Positions 18,047 to 27,221 of a stretch of 64,000 bases of DNA are shown here, one piece after another. The first letter of the stretch is position 1. Every line of letters begins with the position of its first letter. A program made the position numbers and the translations under genes. The stretch is from Acidobacteriota bacterium (GTDB lineage Bacteria > Acidobacteriota > Terriglobia > Acidiferrales > UBA7541): positions 951 to 64,950 of the forward strand of contig JABCZG010000027.1 of NCBI GenBank assembly GCA_013289835.1, in the 5' to 3' direction. The notes beneath the pieces were generated by a model. It was not told the DNA's origin. It ran no database searches and saw only the letters and a list, made by a program, of their open reading frames with translations.

Positions 18047-19662
18047 GGTTTAGCTCCGGAGGGCGCAGTGGCCGGCGGATTCGCCGGACTCCCGGCGGAA
18101 TTCGAATTGCCAGCCTGCGCCTGCGCAGGTTCCGGCAAATCAAGCCACACATCCGCAAGGTGCCATTCGCCCCAGCGCGCCGGCATCCAGTCCCGAACAT
18201 TCTGACCTACTCCGACATATTCCGGCAATGCGACCAGCGGGAGAACGCGGCGCTCTTCCAATAATTTTTTCTCGCGCGCATAAAGCTGCTCCGGGTCGGT
18301 CGAAGTCACAGCACTCTCATTGGAATCTCCAAGACGAAGCGCACCGATGAACGATTCCAGCTCGAGCCGCGAAGAAAGCGTGGAATAGTGCCACGCAAAG
18401 AGATGTAAGCCGGTGGTGGTGTCGGTTGAACTCGCCGTAGTTGCGGTGCCGCGCGGTATAACGCGATTTACAATTTGCACGAGAATCGCTGCTTGCCGCG
18501 CGTTGATCGCCACGCGTTCTCCCAGAAGTTTTGCCAAATCACCGGGCGCGTCCACGCGCAGCCGCAGCGACTCTGCGCCGCCACCCGCGTTGGCGGGAAG
18601 CGCGGCGCGAATTTCCCTCGCTCGTGCGATGTTGGTCTCCATCGTGAAGAGGAAAGCATATCCCGAGAGCCACTGCGGCAAAAGGGCCGCTGCAGGTTCG
18701 GCTTGCTTCTGCAGCAACACGTTGGCCATGGTCTGCCGGTCGAGCGAGAGGGAGAGCGCCTCGCGCAACTGCGCGTCCGCCACCGCAGGCTGCGTGTCAT
18801 CGAAACGCAAACCATACAGAACGACCGGCGACGACGACCACACGCGCAGATTATCCTGCATGGCGCGCCGCACGAGATCCGGAGACAGTTCCACCAGATC
18901 GGCTTTGCCCAATTGCAAATCAAAGAGCTGCCGCAGCAGCGGAACGCCCAGCGTCACATCAATGGCATCCAGAAAGGGCCTGCCCGACCACGTCTCCTCA
19001 TTCGCGCGGAAGTGCAGATGCGTTGACTTCCCTTCGCTGCGCACAAGCGCGGCGCTAGAACCTTCCGCGGGCGCGGAATCAGACTTGTCCACACTCTTCG
19101 AAGTTTCTTTCGTCTCCGCCACAAAAAATGGCCCCGTCCCAAGCAACGTGCCATCCGGCTGCACGCGATACACAAAAAAACGGCCCGACGCCAACTCCTC
19201 GAGCAGATCCGGCATGGCAGTTGCCGATTGAATCACAACGCTGCTCCCGGTCGCCGTAATCTGCTGCCCTTTGGGAAGCAGCGGTTGGAGTGCCACCACA
19301 ACATCCGTCGGCGTGAGTGTCGAACCATCCGAGAATTTCACACCGGCCCGCAACGTAAACTGCCAGCGCTTGAACGTCGCATCGTGCGTCCATTCCGTCG
19401 CCAACTGCGGCTGAAACCGTCCGTAATTGTCCAGCACCTCCAGCCGGTCAAACACCAGCGCCGCCAATTTTTCGTTCGTGGCCGACTCCATCGCTCCCGC
19501 CTTCCATTCCCTCGGATCCAGCGACAAACCTGTCTCTCTCAACTCTACTTGCAGAGTTCCGCCGTACCTCGGCCGAACTGAGGATCCCGCCGCGGGCGGA
19601 AAAAGCAGCAGGAGACCGAGCACGCTAATGATTGCAAGCCAGGGATATTCGAAATGCTTCAT
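18043..19662 (-). CDS. Family-5 (peptide/nickel-type) ABC substrate-binding protein homolog
   Basis: Signal peptide, then the RYGGTLQVELRE...LDP start typical of SBP_bac_5. Its stop overlaps the kinase start by 4 nt. No ABC permease or ATPase genes are nearby. Confidence 0.75.
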   Translation of the reverse strand: MKHFEYPWLAIISVLGLLLLFPPAAGSSVRPRYGGTLQVELRETGLSLDPREWKAGAMESATNEKLAALVFDRLEVLDNYGRFQPQLATEWTHDATFKRWQFTLRAGVKFSDGSTLTPTDVVVALQPLLPKGQQITATGSSVVIQSATAMPDLLEELASGRFFVYRVQPDGTLLGTGPFFVAETKETSKSVDKSDSAPAEGSSAALVRSEGKSTHLHFRANEETWSGRPFLDAIDVTLGVPLLRQLFDLQLGKADLVELSPDLVRRAMQDNLRVWSSSPVVLYGLRFDDTQPAVADAQLREALSLSLDRQTMANVLLQKQAEPAAALLPQWLSGYAFLFTMETNIARAREIRAALPANAGGGAESLRLRVDAPGDLAKLLGERVAINARQAAILVQIVNRVIPRGTATTASSTDTTTGLHLFAWHYSTLSSRLELESFIGALRLGDSNESAVTSTDPEQLYAREKKLLEERRVLPLVALPEYVGVGQNVRDWMPARWGEWHLADVWLDLPEPAQAQAGNSNSAGSPANPPATAPSGAKP

Positions 19663-20458
19663 ACTCTCCGGTCTTAAGGTTTCGGACTACAGCAATCGCC
19701 CCGTCGTGGGGTCCAGCAAACTCTGCATCAGATGGAATTTGCTCCGAGCCGAGCGAAAGGACTGGCCCAGGCAGCGCAACAGGCTGGTCGTACGCGACAA
19801 TATGCTGCTCTTCGACCCGATAGGCCGTAATCTGGTCGGCATCTGTCCAGTCCTTGCGTGCGCTGGCCAGGACGTTCCAACCATCGTCGCAAGTGCTGTG
19901 GATGGTTGTGATCTCATTACCCCAACCTGCAAAACTTTCTAACTCCTTATCACTGTGATCTAACAATCGGGCGCGCCCATCAATGCCTGCCGCAATGAAT
20001 AGACCCGATGGTTCATCGGATTTCAAGGCCAGGAATCCAGCAGAAAAAAAAGGCTTGATGTGCAACCTGATTCCGCTCTCAGCGTAGATCTCGCCCGTAA
20101 AATAGGTGCCTGATGAATCCCATTTTGCTCCGTTGTCGATCAAGTATGGCCCAGCGGAGAGAAGGCTTACCCCCACCAGTTCCTTTTCCTCATCTGAGCT
20201 GCACTCGATCCGAAGGGAATCTAGCGGCCCGAGAGGGTTGATGGAGCAGAGAAGCTTCGGAAAGCTCGCAACGAGACGCGGGTTGCCATTCTCGCTGAAC
20301 TGGAAAAGTTGCCCTCGCGGAGCTCGCGATTGCGGGCCCGAATGAGGGATAGGAAGAGATTTCATGAGCGACCAAGTGGTTTCCTGACGCTGATAGATGG
20401 ACAACTCTTTTTGGCCAAAGACAGCTATGCGCTGCTGATTCTGTTCTGAAGGTCTCAA
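19625..20458 (-). CDS. Hypothetical protein (possibly the distal part of an interrupted gene)
   Basis: 277-aa ORF from a TTG. It is in the same frame as the upstream ORF 20504-21067, separated only by one TAG and 15 sense codons. No family recognised. Confidence 0.45.
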   Translation of the reverse strand: MRPSEQNQQRIAVFGQKELSIYQRQETTWSLMKSLPIPHSGPQSRAPRGQLFQFSENGNPRLVASFPKLLCSINPLGPLDSLRIECSSDEEKELVGVSLLSAGPYLIDNGAKWDSSGTYFTGEIYAESGIRLHIKPFFSAGFLALKSDEPSGLFIAAGIDGRARLLDHSDKELESFAGWGNEITTIHSTCDDGWNVLASARKDWTDADQITAYRVEEQHIVAYDQPVALPGPVLSLGSEQIPSDAEFAGPHDGAIAVVRNLKTGEYEAFRISLACNH

Positions 20459-20503
20459 GAACTTTAGGTCGAGAATGGGGCTTTCCTGTCTCCAAATAAG
20501 CTC

Positions 20504-21067
20504 CTACACAAGCGTTACCCTTCGCGAACTGGGATCGCCGGGTGGAACCGTTCCAAGCGCTACGCGCTCAAAGGAAAAACGGGATAGCCCATTCTCCACG
20601 AGCTCAGCGATCTCGATCGCGCCGGAGAGATTTTCGGAAAAGGTCAACCGTACCGCGGCAGAAGATGAATCATCGTGTGAAACTTTGTGCCCGCGACTCT
20701 GAAGCTCTCTTTCAAATGTCTGGCTAAGACTAGTTATCTGGTCGGAACTCAGCGAAGAGAGATTGCGAACTCGAACGCTGACCCCCTCGCGAGAGTTCAA
20801 AAGGGAGGCTACCTTATGGGCAAGAGCGCGCGCTGCGTCTTCGAGTGAGTCAGCGCGCGAGGCAATCGGAACGAAGAGTAGCGCGAATCCCAAAGCTAGG
20901 TAGAAAAGAGTGCAGCCGAGAGAGCGCCGCGGGGACAATTTTTGCTTGGCGGACACGGGGTTCCGGGTTGATGATATCACGGCTGCAAACGAAGGTCGGT
21001 GCGGCGCTCGGACCTTTGCCGCGGCGGCGCGGTAAGACGCTTGGACAAAGGAATTTTTTCGAGCCAA
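20504..21067 (-). CDS. Hypothetical membrane-anchored protein (possibly the proximal part of an interrupted gene)
   Basis: TM/signal-anchor segment LFYLALGFALLFVPIASRA. It ends at TAG 20504-20506, in frame with the next ORF. Confidence 0.45.
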   Translation of the reverse strand: MARKNSFVQASYRAAAAKVRAPHRPSFAAVISSTRNPVSAKQKLSPRRSLGCTLFYLALGFALLFVPIASRADSLEDAARALAHKVASLLNSREGVSVRVRNLSSLSSDQITSLSQTFERELQSRGHKVSHDDSSSAAVRLTFSENLSGAIEIAELVENGLSRFSFERVALGTVPPGDPSSRRVTLV

Positions 21068-21162
21068 AGTCGGTATCTAGCACCAGCGAAACGAATTGCC
21101 CCGGCCAGCCGTCCATGTAGAAGCCAGGTATCCCCGGGAATGCATCTTCAGGAGCGAACGGA

Positions 21163-24100
21163 ATGAAGCCCATGCCCACGCGAGTGAACGTCTTATTGTG
21201 GCTAAGTCTGGCGCTAGCGGTCTGCCTGGCCGCAACGCCGGCCAAAGCGCCTGCACAGGCGGCCGCCGACCAAGTGCCCGACGGCCCCACCAAGCTTCTC
21301 CGGTATGCTGATATTTCTAAGGACAAAGTAGTCTTCGCCTACGCCGGCGATCTCTGGATTTCTTCGCGCGAAGGCGGCAATGCGCGCCGGCTCACCTCGC
21401 ACGTAGGCGACGAGCTCTTTCCGAAATTTTCTCCTGACGGAAAATGGATCGCCTTCACCGGCGAGTACGACGGCAACCCCGACGTGTATGTGATTTCTTC
21501 CGAAGGCGGCGAGCCCAAGCGCCTGACCTTCCATCCCTCGAACGACATCGTCCTCGGCTGGACGCCCGACGGCAAAAACATCCTCTTCCGCTCCGACCGT
21601 TTCAGCGCGCCCCCGGGCCGCTTCACCAAACTGTTCCTCGTCTCTCCGCAAGGCGGCACGGCCAAGCAGCTACAAATTCCGCGCGGCGATTTGACATCGT
21701 TCTCGCCCGACGGCACCAAAGTCGCCTACATCGAAACCTCCCAGGAATTCCGCACCTGGAAGCGCTACCGCGGCGGCTGGAACCTGCCCATCGCCATCTA
21801 CGACCTCAAGAAAAATACCTACGAAGAATTACCCAAGTCCGCCGGCATGGACATGTTCCCCATGTGGCACGGCAACGCCATTTATTTCATCAGCGACCGC
21901 GACGGCGTGATGAATCTCTACAGCTACGACCTCGGCTCCAAGCAAACGAAAAAGCTCACCGACTACAAGGAGTACGACATTAAGTGGCCGAGCCTCGGGC
22001 CTGACGCCATCGTCTACGAAAACGGCGGCGTGCTCTACGAGTTCAATCTTGCCAGCGGCAAGACGCGCAATCTCCCCATCATCGTGCGCGCGGAAGACAT
22101 CGAAGCCCGCGCGGAGTTCAAAAGTGTCGCGCAGAATGTCGGCAGCTTTGCCATTTCGCCTTCCGCCGCCCGCGCCGTCATGGAAGCCCGCGGCAACATC
22201 TTCACCGTTCCCGCCGAACACGGCAGCATTCGCACTCTGACCACGCAACATTCCAGCATCCACGAACTGAATCCCGCATGGTCGCCGGACGGCAAGTGGA
22301 TCGCCTATCTCTCCGACAAAACCGGCGAGTATGAGCTCTACACGCGCCCACAAATGGGCGGCGAAGAAACACGCATCACCACCGACGGCGGAGTCTACCG
22401 CTACGGCCCGGCTTGGTCGCCGGACAGCAAGAAGCTTCTCTACTGGGACAAACTGCACAAACTTTGGTACGTCAGCGTCGAGGATAAGAAGCCCGTCCTT
22501 GTGGACGAGGCCGGCTACGGCGATATCACCGACGGAAGCTGGTCGCCGGACAGCCTGTGGCTCACCTATTCGAAACCGCATCGCCGCGGCTCGAACGACA
22601 TCTATCTGTACTCGCTCGGCACCAAGAAAGTCACGATGGTTTCCGCCGGTTTTTACAATGACACGAATCCGGTCTTTGATCCTGGCGGCAAGTACCTCTA
22701 TTTCATTTCCTCGCGTTACTTCTATCCAAGCATCGGCCAGCTCGACCAGCGCTACAACTACTACACCACCGATGGCGTCTTCGCCCTCACGCTGAAGGCC
22801 GATGAAGCCTCTCCCTTCAAGCCGGAAAGCGACGAAGAAAAAGCTGCCGACGAAAAGAAGGACAAGGACGAGAAGAAGGACGAAAAGGCCAAGAAGGACG
22901 AAAAGAAGGCCGACGCCAAAGCCGGCGATGCCAAATCCGACGAACAAAAGGATGAAAAGAAAGACGAGAAGAAAGAAGAGAAGAAACCCGAGCCGGTAAA
23001 ACCCATCCAGATTGACTTGGATGGCCTCGCCTCGCGCATCGCCCCCGTGCCCGTCGCTCCCGGAATCCTCAGCTCTCTCGTCGCGCGCAAAGACAAATTC
23101 TTCTACGTCACAACACCGCAAGAAGCGCGGCAATTCGGCACCAACGACCACGGTCCCAAGAGCGCTCTTCACGTCTACGACATCACGAAACGCGAGGACA
23201 AAGTTCTGCTCGACGGCATTGACGGCTTCGACCTCGACAAGGAAGGCAAAAAAGTTCTCTACAAAGCCGGACCCGTCTTCGGCATCGTCGAAGCCATCCC
23301 CGGCAAGGCCAAAGTCGGCGAAGGCAAGCTGAACCTCGGCGAAATGCAAGTGAAAGTGAACCCGCGCGAGGAATGGCGCCAGGTCTTCCACGAAGCGTGG
23401 CGCATCGAACGCGATTTCTACTGGGATCCCGCGATGACCGGCCACGATTGGAAAAAAATCGGCGAGCGCTACGAAGCGCTTTTGCCCTGGGTCGCGCATC
23501 GCAGCGATCTGAACTACCTCATCGGAGAAATGATCTCCGAGCTCAGCACCTCGCACACCTACGTCGGCGGCGGCGATCAACCCCAGAAGCCGCACGTCAG
23601 CGTCGGCTTGCTCGGCGCCGATTTCGAACCTGACGGCGGCTATTTCAAGATCACGAAAATCTATCCCGGCGAAAACTGGAACGACAACACGCGCTCCCCG
23701 CTGACCGAGCCCGGCCTCAAAGTAAAAGCCGGCGACTATCTGATCGCCGTGAACGAACAAGAAGCGAGTTCGAGCCAGGACGTCTATTCCTACTTCCAGG
23801 AGCTCGCCGGAAAACTAGTCACGCTGAAGATCAATACCAAACCCAGCCGCGAAGGAGCGTGGGAAATCACCGTAAAGCCCGTCCCCAACGAAAGCGGCCC
23901 GCGTTATCTCGCCTGGATCGAAGCGAACCGTCGCAAGGTCGAAGAAGCCACCGGCGGCCGCATCGGCTACATGCACGTGCCGGACACCACCATCCCCGGC
24001 ATCATCGCCTTCGACAAGCAATTCACCGCGCAGCTCGATAAAGACGGCATCATCGTCGACGAGCGCGATAACTCCGGCGGACAAATTCCCGATTTCTACA

Positions 24101-24564
24101 CGGAAAAACTGAAGCGCACGTTGCTCGCGTTAGTCGCCCCGCGCGACACGAAAGACGTCCCTTGGCCGCCCGTCGCCATCTACGGCCCCAAAGTCATGAT
24201 CGTCAACGAACTCGCCGGCTCCGGCGGCGACGCCTTCCCGTGGTTTTTCCATCGCGAAAAAATCGGTCCCATCGTCGGAACGCGCACCTGGGGCGGCTTG
24301 GTCGGCATCGGCAACGTGCAGCCCCTGCGCGACGGCGGCTTCGTCACCGCGCCCGGCTTCGGCTTCTGGAGCGTGGACAATGGCGGCGAATGGGTCGTCG
24401 AACAGCACGGCGTCGATCCGGATTTCGTCGTGCCTCAGCGCCCCGACCTCGTCGTCGCCGGCCACGATCCGCAACTCGAAAAAGCCATCGAGCTCGCCAA
24501 CGAAGCATTGAAGTCCTACAAGCCCATTCCGCCAAGGCCAAAATATCCCGTGGCCAAGCAATAA
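21163..24564 (+). CDS. Tricorn-protease-like S41 peptidase (PD40 beta-propellers + PDZ + S41 domain)
   Basis: 1133 aa with a signal peptide. PD40-type repeats (FSPDGKWIAF, WTPDGKNILF, FSPDGTKVAY, WSPDGKWIAY, WSPDSKKLLY, WSPDSLWLTY). PDZ-like segment (GLKVKAGDYLIAVNEQE). C-terminal S41 region (ERDNSGG..., NELAGSGGDAF, TWGGLVG). Confidence 0.85.
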   Translation: MKPMPTRVNVLLWLSLALAVCLAATPAKAPAQAAADQVPDGPTKLLRYADISKDKVVFAYAGDLWISSREGGNARRLTSHVGDELFPKFSPDGKWIAFTGEYDGNPDVYVISSEGGEPKRLTFHPSNDIVLGWTPDGKNILFRSDRFSAPPGRFTKLFLVSPQGGTAKQLQIPRGDLTSFSPDGTKVAYIETSQEFRTWKRYRGGWNLPIAIYDLKKNTYEELPKSAGMDMFPMWHGNAIYFISDRDGVMNLYSYDLGSKQTKKLTDYKEYDIKWPSLGPDAIVYENGGVLYEFNLASGKTRNLPIIVRAEDIEARAEFKSVAQNVGSFAISPSAARAVMEARGNIFTVPAEHGSIRTLTTQHSSIHELNPAWSPDGKWIAYLSDKTGEYELYTRPQMGGEETRITTDGGVYRYGPAWSPDSKKLLYWDKLHKLWYVSVEDKKPVLVDEAGYGDITDGSWSPDSLWLTYSKPHRRGSNDIYLYSLGTKKVTMVSAGFYNDTNPVFDPGGKYLYFISSRYFYPSIGQLDQRYNYYTTDGVFALTLKADEASPFKPESDEEKAADEKKDKDEKKDEKAKKDEKKADAKAGDAKSDEQKDEKKDEKKEEKKPEPVKPIQIDLDGLASRIAPVPVAPGILSSLVARKDKFFYVTTPQEARQFGTNDHGPKSALHVYDITKREDKVLLDGIDGFDLDKEGKKVLYKAGPVFGIVEAIPGKAKVGEGKLNLGEMQVKVNPREEWRQVFHEAWRIERDFYWDPAMTGHDWKKIGERYEALLPWVAHRSDLNYLIGEMISELSTSHTYVGGGDQPQKPHVSVGLLGADFEPDGGYFKITKIYPGENWNDNTRSPLTEPGLKVKAGDYLIAVNEQEASSSQDVYSYFQELAGKLVTLKINTKPSREGAWEITVKPVPNESGPRYLAWIEANRRKVEEATGGRIGYMHVPDTTIPGIIAFDKQFTAQLDKDGIIVDERDNSGGQIPDFYTEKLKRTLLALVAPRDTKDVPWPPVAIYGPKVMIVNELAGSGGDAFPWFFHREKIGPIVGTRTWGGLVGIGNVQPLRDGGFVTAPGFGFWSVDNGGEWVVEQHGVDPDFVVPQRPDLVVAGHDPQLEKAIELANEALKSYKPIPPRPKYPVAKQ

Positions 24565-24600
24565 AATCCGTTTCGTAAATCACGCTGCTCACTCACAAAC

Positions 24601-24636
24601 AAAAAGGACCGGCGAAAAGCCGGTCCTTTTTGTTTT
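24601..24636 (+). terminator. Rho-independent terminator (bidirectional shape)
   Basis: AAAAA-GGACCGGC (24606-24613), loop GAAAA, GCCGGTCC (24619-24626), then TTTTTGTTTT. It lies 37 nt after the tricorn-like gene stop. Confidence 0.8.
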
Positions 24637-24662
24637 GCAAGCGCGGCACGCAGCCGCATCCT

Positions 24663-24782
24663 TCATTTGAACGCCACTTCCATTTCCAAACCGCTAGCCG
24701 GGTGACGCGGTCCGCGAAACTGGCGGAGGATCAATCTCTGGCTGATCTGGTCAAGCGCGGCGGTGCTTGCCTTCCGACTCAT
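24663..24782 (-). CDS. Possible 39-aa small protein
   Basis: The ATG at 24782 is preceded by GGGAGGAA with a 5-nt spacer. The product is MSRKASTAALDQISQRLILRQFRGPRHPASGLEMEVAFK. The only support is the strong SD. Confidence 0.25.
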   Translation of the reverse strand: MSRKASTAALDQISQRLILRQFRGPRHPASGLEMEVAFK

Positions 24783-24885
24783 GATCGTTCCTCCCTTCCA
24801 GCGTCGCGTCCCGGGCCACCCGCAGGGGTGTTGGCTAGCGGAGCTCGCTCGCATCGACATCAGCCGATGCGAATTTTTCTGAAAG

Positions 24886-26295
24886 CTAAGGCCTCTTCGG
24901 CTGCCGTTTCTGCGCCGAAGCCGAAGCCGTCGGCGTCACATCTTCCGACCCATCGTCCGCAGAACTGCTGCTCACTCCCGAAAACGCCGACCGCATCACG
25001 TCATTCGCAAAGAAATTCTTCCCATCCATCGGCACCATCATGATCTGCAGCTTGTCCGACAGCCGCTCCGCGATAATCTTCTGAATCAGCATCGGATTCG
25101 ACTTCAGCACCGCCGCCTCGAATTTCATCCGCTCGGAATCCGCCGCAGCCGTCACCCGGATGCGATTCGCGTCCGCGTCCGCCGTCACGCGAATCCGATT
25201 CGCCTCCGCGTCCGCCAGATTCTTCTGCCGCTCGATCTCCGCCTTGCTATCAATAATTTTCGCTTGTGCCGCCGCTTCCGCATTTTGCAGCGTGGACTCC
25301 TTCCGCGCCTCCGCCTCCAGCTTGCTCTGCTCGATCTGTTTCTGTTTCAGCGGCAGCGTGTACTGCATCGCGTCCGCTTCCGCCTTGGCCTGCAGCACGC
25401 GCACCTGTGCCTGCGCCTCCGCCTGCTTCACCTCGCGCGCCTTCTGCGCTTCCGCTTCCAGCTCCGCAATCTTCACTTCTTTCCCCTTGATCTCCGTCTC
25501 CGTGCCCAGTCGCTCGTTCTCCTGCTCCTTCAGCAGCAGTCCTTCGAGCCCCTTGGCGTATTCCTCCGGCAGTTTCAAGTCGCGCAGCAAAACTTCGCGC
25601 ACCACAATCCCGTCGCTCGCCAGCCGCGTAGTAATCGCGTCCGCCGCCTTGGTGCGCAGCTCCTCCCGCTTCGTCGCAAAAATTTCCCGCGTGATGTAAT
25701 TGGGCGCCAGTTGCCGGTAAATCGTCGAAACCACCGGAGCCACCACCTGCTCCCCCACCGGCTGCGGCAGATTCGTGTGAATCGAATCCAGCCTCTTGGG
25801 GTCCAGCCGGTACCGCACGGAAACCGCCAGCCCGATGTTCAACCCTTCGCGCGCCTGCACCGTCAGCACGTCACCCTTGTGCTTTGGATCTTCGGCCACC
25901 TGCGTCGAATACACTTGCTCGCGCGTGTCGTAGATCGCCACGGAATCCACCAGCGGCGTAACCACATGCACGCCGGGATACAACGTACCCGGCCGCGCGC
26001 CCCAGATTTGGCTGACGCGTACGCCGGCCGTTCCATCCGGAATCACCACCACGCTCTCCGTAATCAAGAACGCCAGCACTCCCGCCGCAAACAATTGTAG
26101 CGCCAGCCTCCATCGCACCGGCCGGAAAGGGCGCCGAGCCAGCGCACCCACCTCCCCGCCGCCTTCCTCCGTCTTCCCCCGCGACAGCAACCGCCTCAAT
26201 TGCTCCGACAGAAAAATGTCATACGCCACCAGCGCCCCCGCGCTCCCAAACAGCACTGCCCCCACAATCGTCAACAAATATTTCAATGCCAGCAT
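24886..26295 (-). CDS. SPFH/band-7 (prohibitin/HflK-C-like) membrane protein with long coiled-coil tail
   Basis: N-terminal TM helices, an SPFH core (VVIPDGTAGVRVSQIWG...VHVVTPLVDSVAIYDTRE), then a ~200-aa EA/KQ-rich coiled coil. SD AAGGGAG lies upstream of ATG 26295. Confidence 0.85.
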   Translation of the reverse strand: MLALKYLLTIVGAVLFGSAGALVAYDIFLSEQLRRLLSRGKTEEGGGEVGALARRPFRPVRWRLALQLFAAGVLAFLITESVVVIPDGTAGVRVSQIWGARPGTLYPGVHVVTPLVDSVAIYDTREQVYSTQVAEDPKHKGDVLTVQAREGLNIGLAVSVRYRLDPKRLDSIHTNLPQPVGEQVVAPVVSTIYRQLAPNYITREIFATKREELRTKAADAITTRLASDGIVVREVLLRDLKLPEEYAKGLEGLLLKEQENERLGTETEIKGKEVKIAELEAEAQKAREVKQAEAQAQVRVLQAKAEADAMQYTLPLKQKQIEQSKLEAEARKESTLQNAEAAAQAKIIDSKAEIERQKNLADAEANRIRVTADADANRIRVTAAADSERMKFEAAVLKSNPMLIQKIIAERLSDKLQIMMVPMDGKNFFANDVMRSAFSGVSSSSADDGSEDVTPTASASAQKRQPKRP

Positions 26296-26328
26296 CGCCT
26301 AACTCCCTTCTGTTCCATTTCCGGAGCC

Positions 26329-26550
26329 AGTAGCACAGACACTCTTGTCTGTGCTCTTAGCTCTCGGCCAAACCCCAGTAGCACAGACACTCCTGTCTGT
26401 GCTCTTAGCTCTCGGCCAAATCCCAGTAGCACAGACACTCTTGTCTGTGCTCTTAGCTCTCGGCCAAATCCCAGTAACACAGACACTCTTGTCTGTGCTC
26501 TTAGCTCTCGGCCAAATCCCAGTAGCACAGACACTCCTGTCTGTGCTCTT
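26329..26550 (+). repeat. Tandem array A: 4.6 copies of a 48-bp REP-like unit (GTAG + 10-bp-stem hairpin)
   Basis: Unit starts at 26329, 26377, 26425, 26473 and 26521, an exact 48-nt period. Each unit is CCAGTAGCACAGACACTC(T/C)TGTCTGTGCTCTTAGCTCTCGGCCAAA(T/C)C. The hairpin is AGCACAGACA-CTCT/CTCC-TGTCTGTGCT. Confidence 0.95.
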
Positions 26551-26617
26551 CATTGCAAATCCTGTAGCTCAGGCCGTCCATGCGCCCGCCAATAGAGCGC
26601 CCATAACCACCACTCAC

Positions 26618-26815
26618 TCACCGCCCCGAATACGCCCGCGCCACCCGCACCGTCCCGTACCCCAATTCCGTCCTCCGCGCAGGAACCCGCCCAGCCGTAG
26701 CCGGCCGCATCATCCAAAACGCCCCGCGCAACAGCATCCAGTTCAATCCCGCCGCAGCCCCAGCCGCAAACATCGTCGTAACCACCAGCCCGGCAAAATG
26801 CAGCAAACCGCTCAT
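26618..26815 (-). CDS. Possible small membrane protein (65 aa)
   Basis: The ATG at 26815 is preceded by GGAGG with a 6-nt spacer. It has one clear TM helix (LLHFAGLVVTTMFAAGAAAGLNWMLL). It sits between the two hairpin arrays, upstream of and co-oriented with the SPFH gene. Confidence 0.35.
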   Translation of the reverse strand: MSGLLHFAGLVVTTMFAAGAAAGLNWMLLRGAFWMMRPATAGRVPARRTELGYGTVRVARAYSGR

Positions 26816-26957
26816 GACGTGCCTCCAAATCCTGCGATTTGGTGAATCGCACGCCCATGCCCTATTCGAATGTATTGGAAATAAACGACTTACAGGAAAG
26901 CCCTGCCCAAAACTCCGTGGCCCACGTTACACGTCGTGTCGCCCTACCCGCACATCC

Positions 26958-27212
26958 GCCTTTGTAGCACAGTCACTCCTGACTGTGCTCTTCTCCTCTA
27001 TCCCCGGATCTGCCTTTGTGGCACAGCCATTCCTGGCTGTGCTCTTCTCCTCTACCCCCGGATCTGCCTTTGTGGCACGGCCATTCCTGGCTGTGCTCTT
27101 CTCCTCTATCCCCGGATCTGCCTTTGTGGCACAGCCATTCCTGGCTGTGCTCTTCTCCTCTACCCCCGGATCTGCCTTTGTGGCACAGCCATTCCTGGCT
27201 GTGCTCTTCTCG
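26958..27212 (+). repeat. Tandem array B: 4.7 copies of a 54-bp REP-like unit
   Basis: Unit starts at 26958, 27012, 27066, 27120 and 27174, an exact 54-nt period. Each unit is GCCTTTGT(A/G)GCACAG(TCA/CCA)-(CTCC/TTCC)-(TGA/TGG)CTGTGCTCTTCTCCTCTA(T/C)CCCCGGATCT. The first copy has stem TCA/TGA; later copies have CCA/TGG. Confidence 0.95.
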
Positions 27213-27221
27213 CCCATCCGC

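Noticed and set aside
27012-27035. Sigma-54-like TGGCAC-N5-TTCC in every array-B unit (TGGCACAGCCATTCCT)
   Set aside because: The invariant -12 GC dinucleotide is replaced by CC. The match is a by-product of the hairpin sequence. No co-oriented gene lies downstream.
26329-27212. Regularly spaced palindromic repeats that look at first like CRISPR arrays
   Set aside because: The whole 48- or 54-nt unit repeats, including the would-be spacers, which are identical from unit to unit. There are no unique spacers, no leader and no cas genes in the window. These are tandem REP-like repeats.
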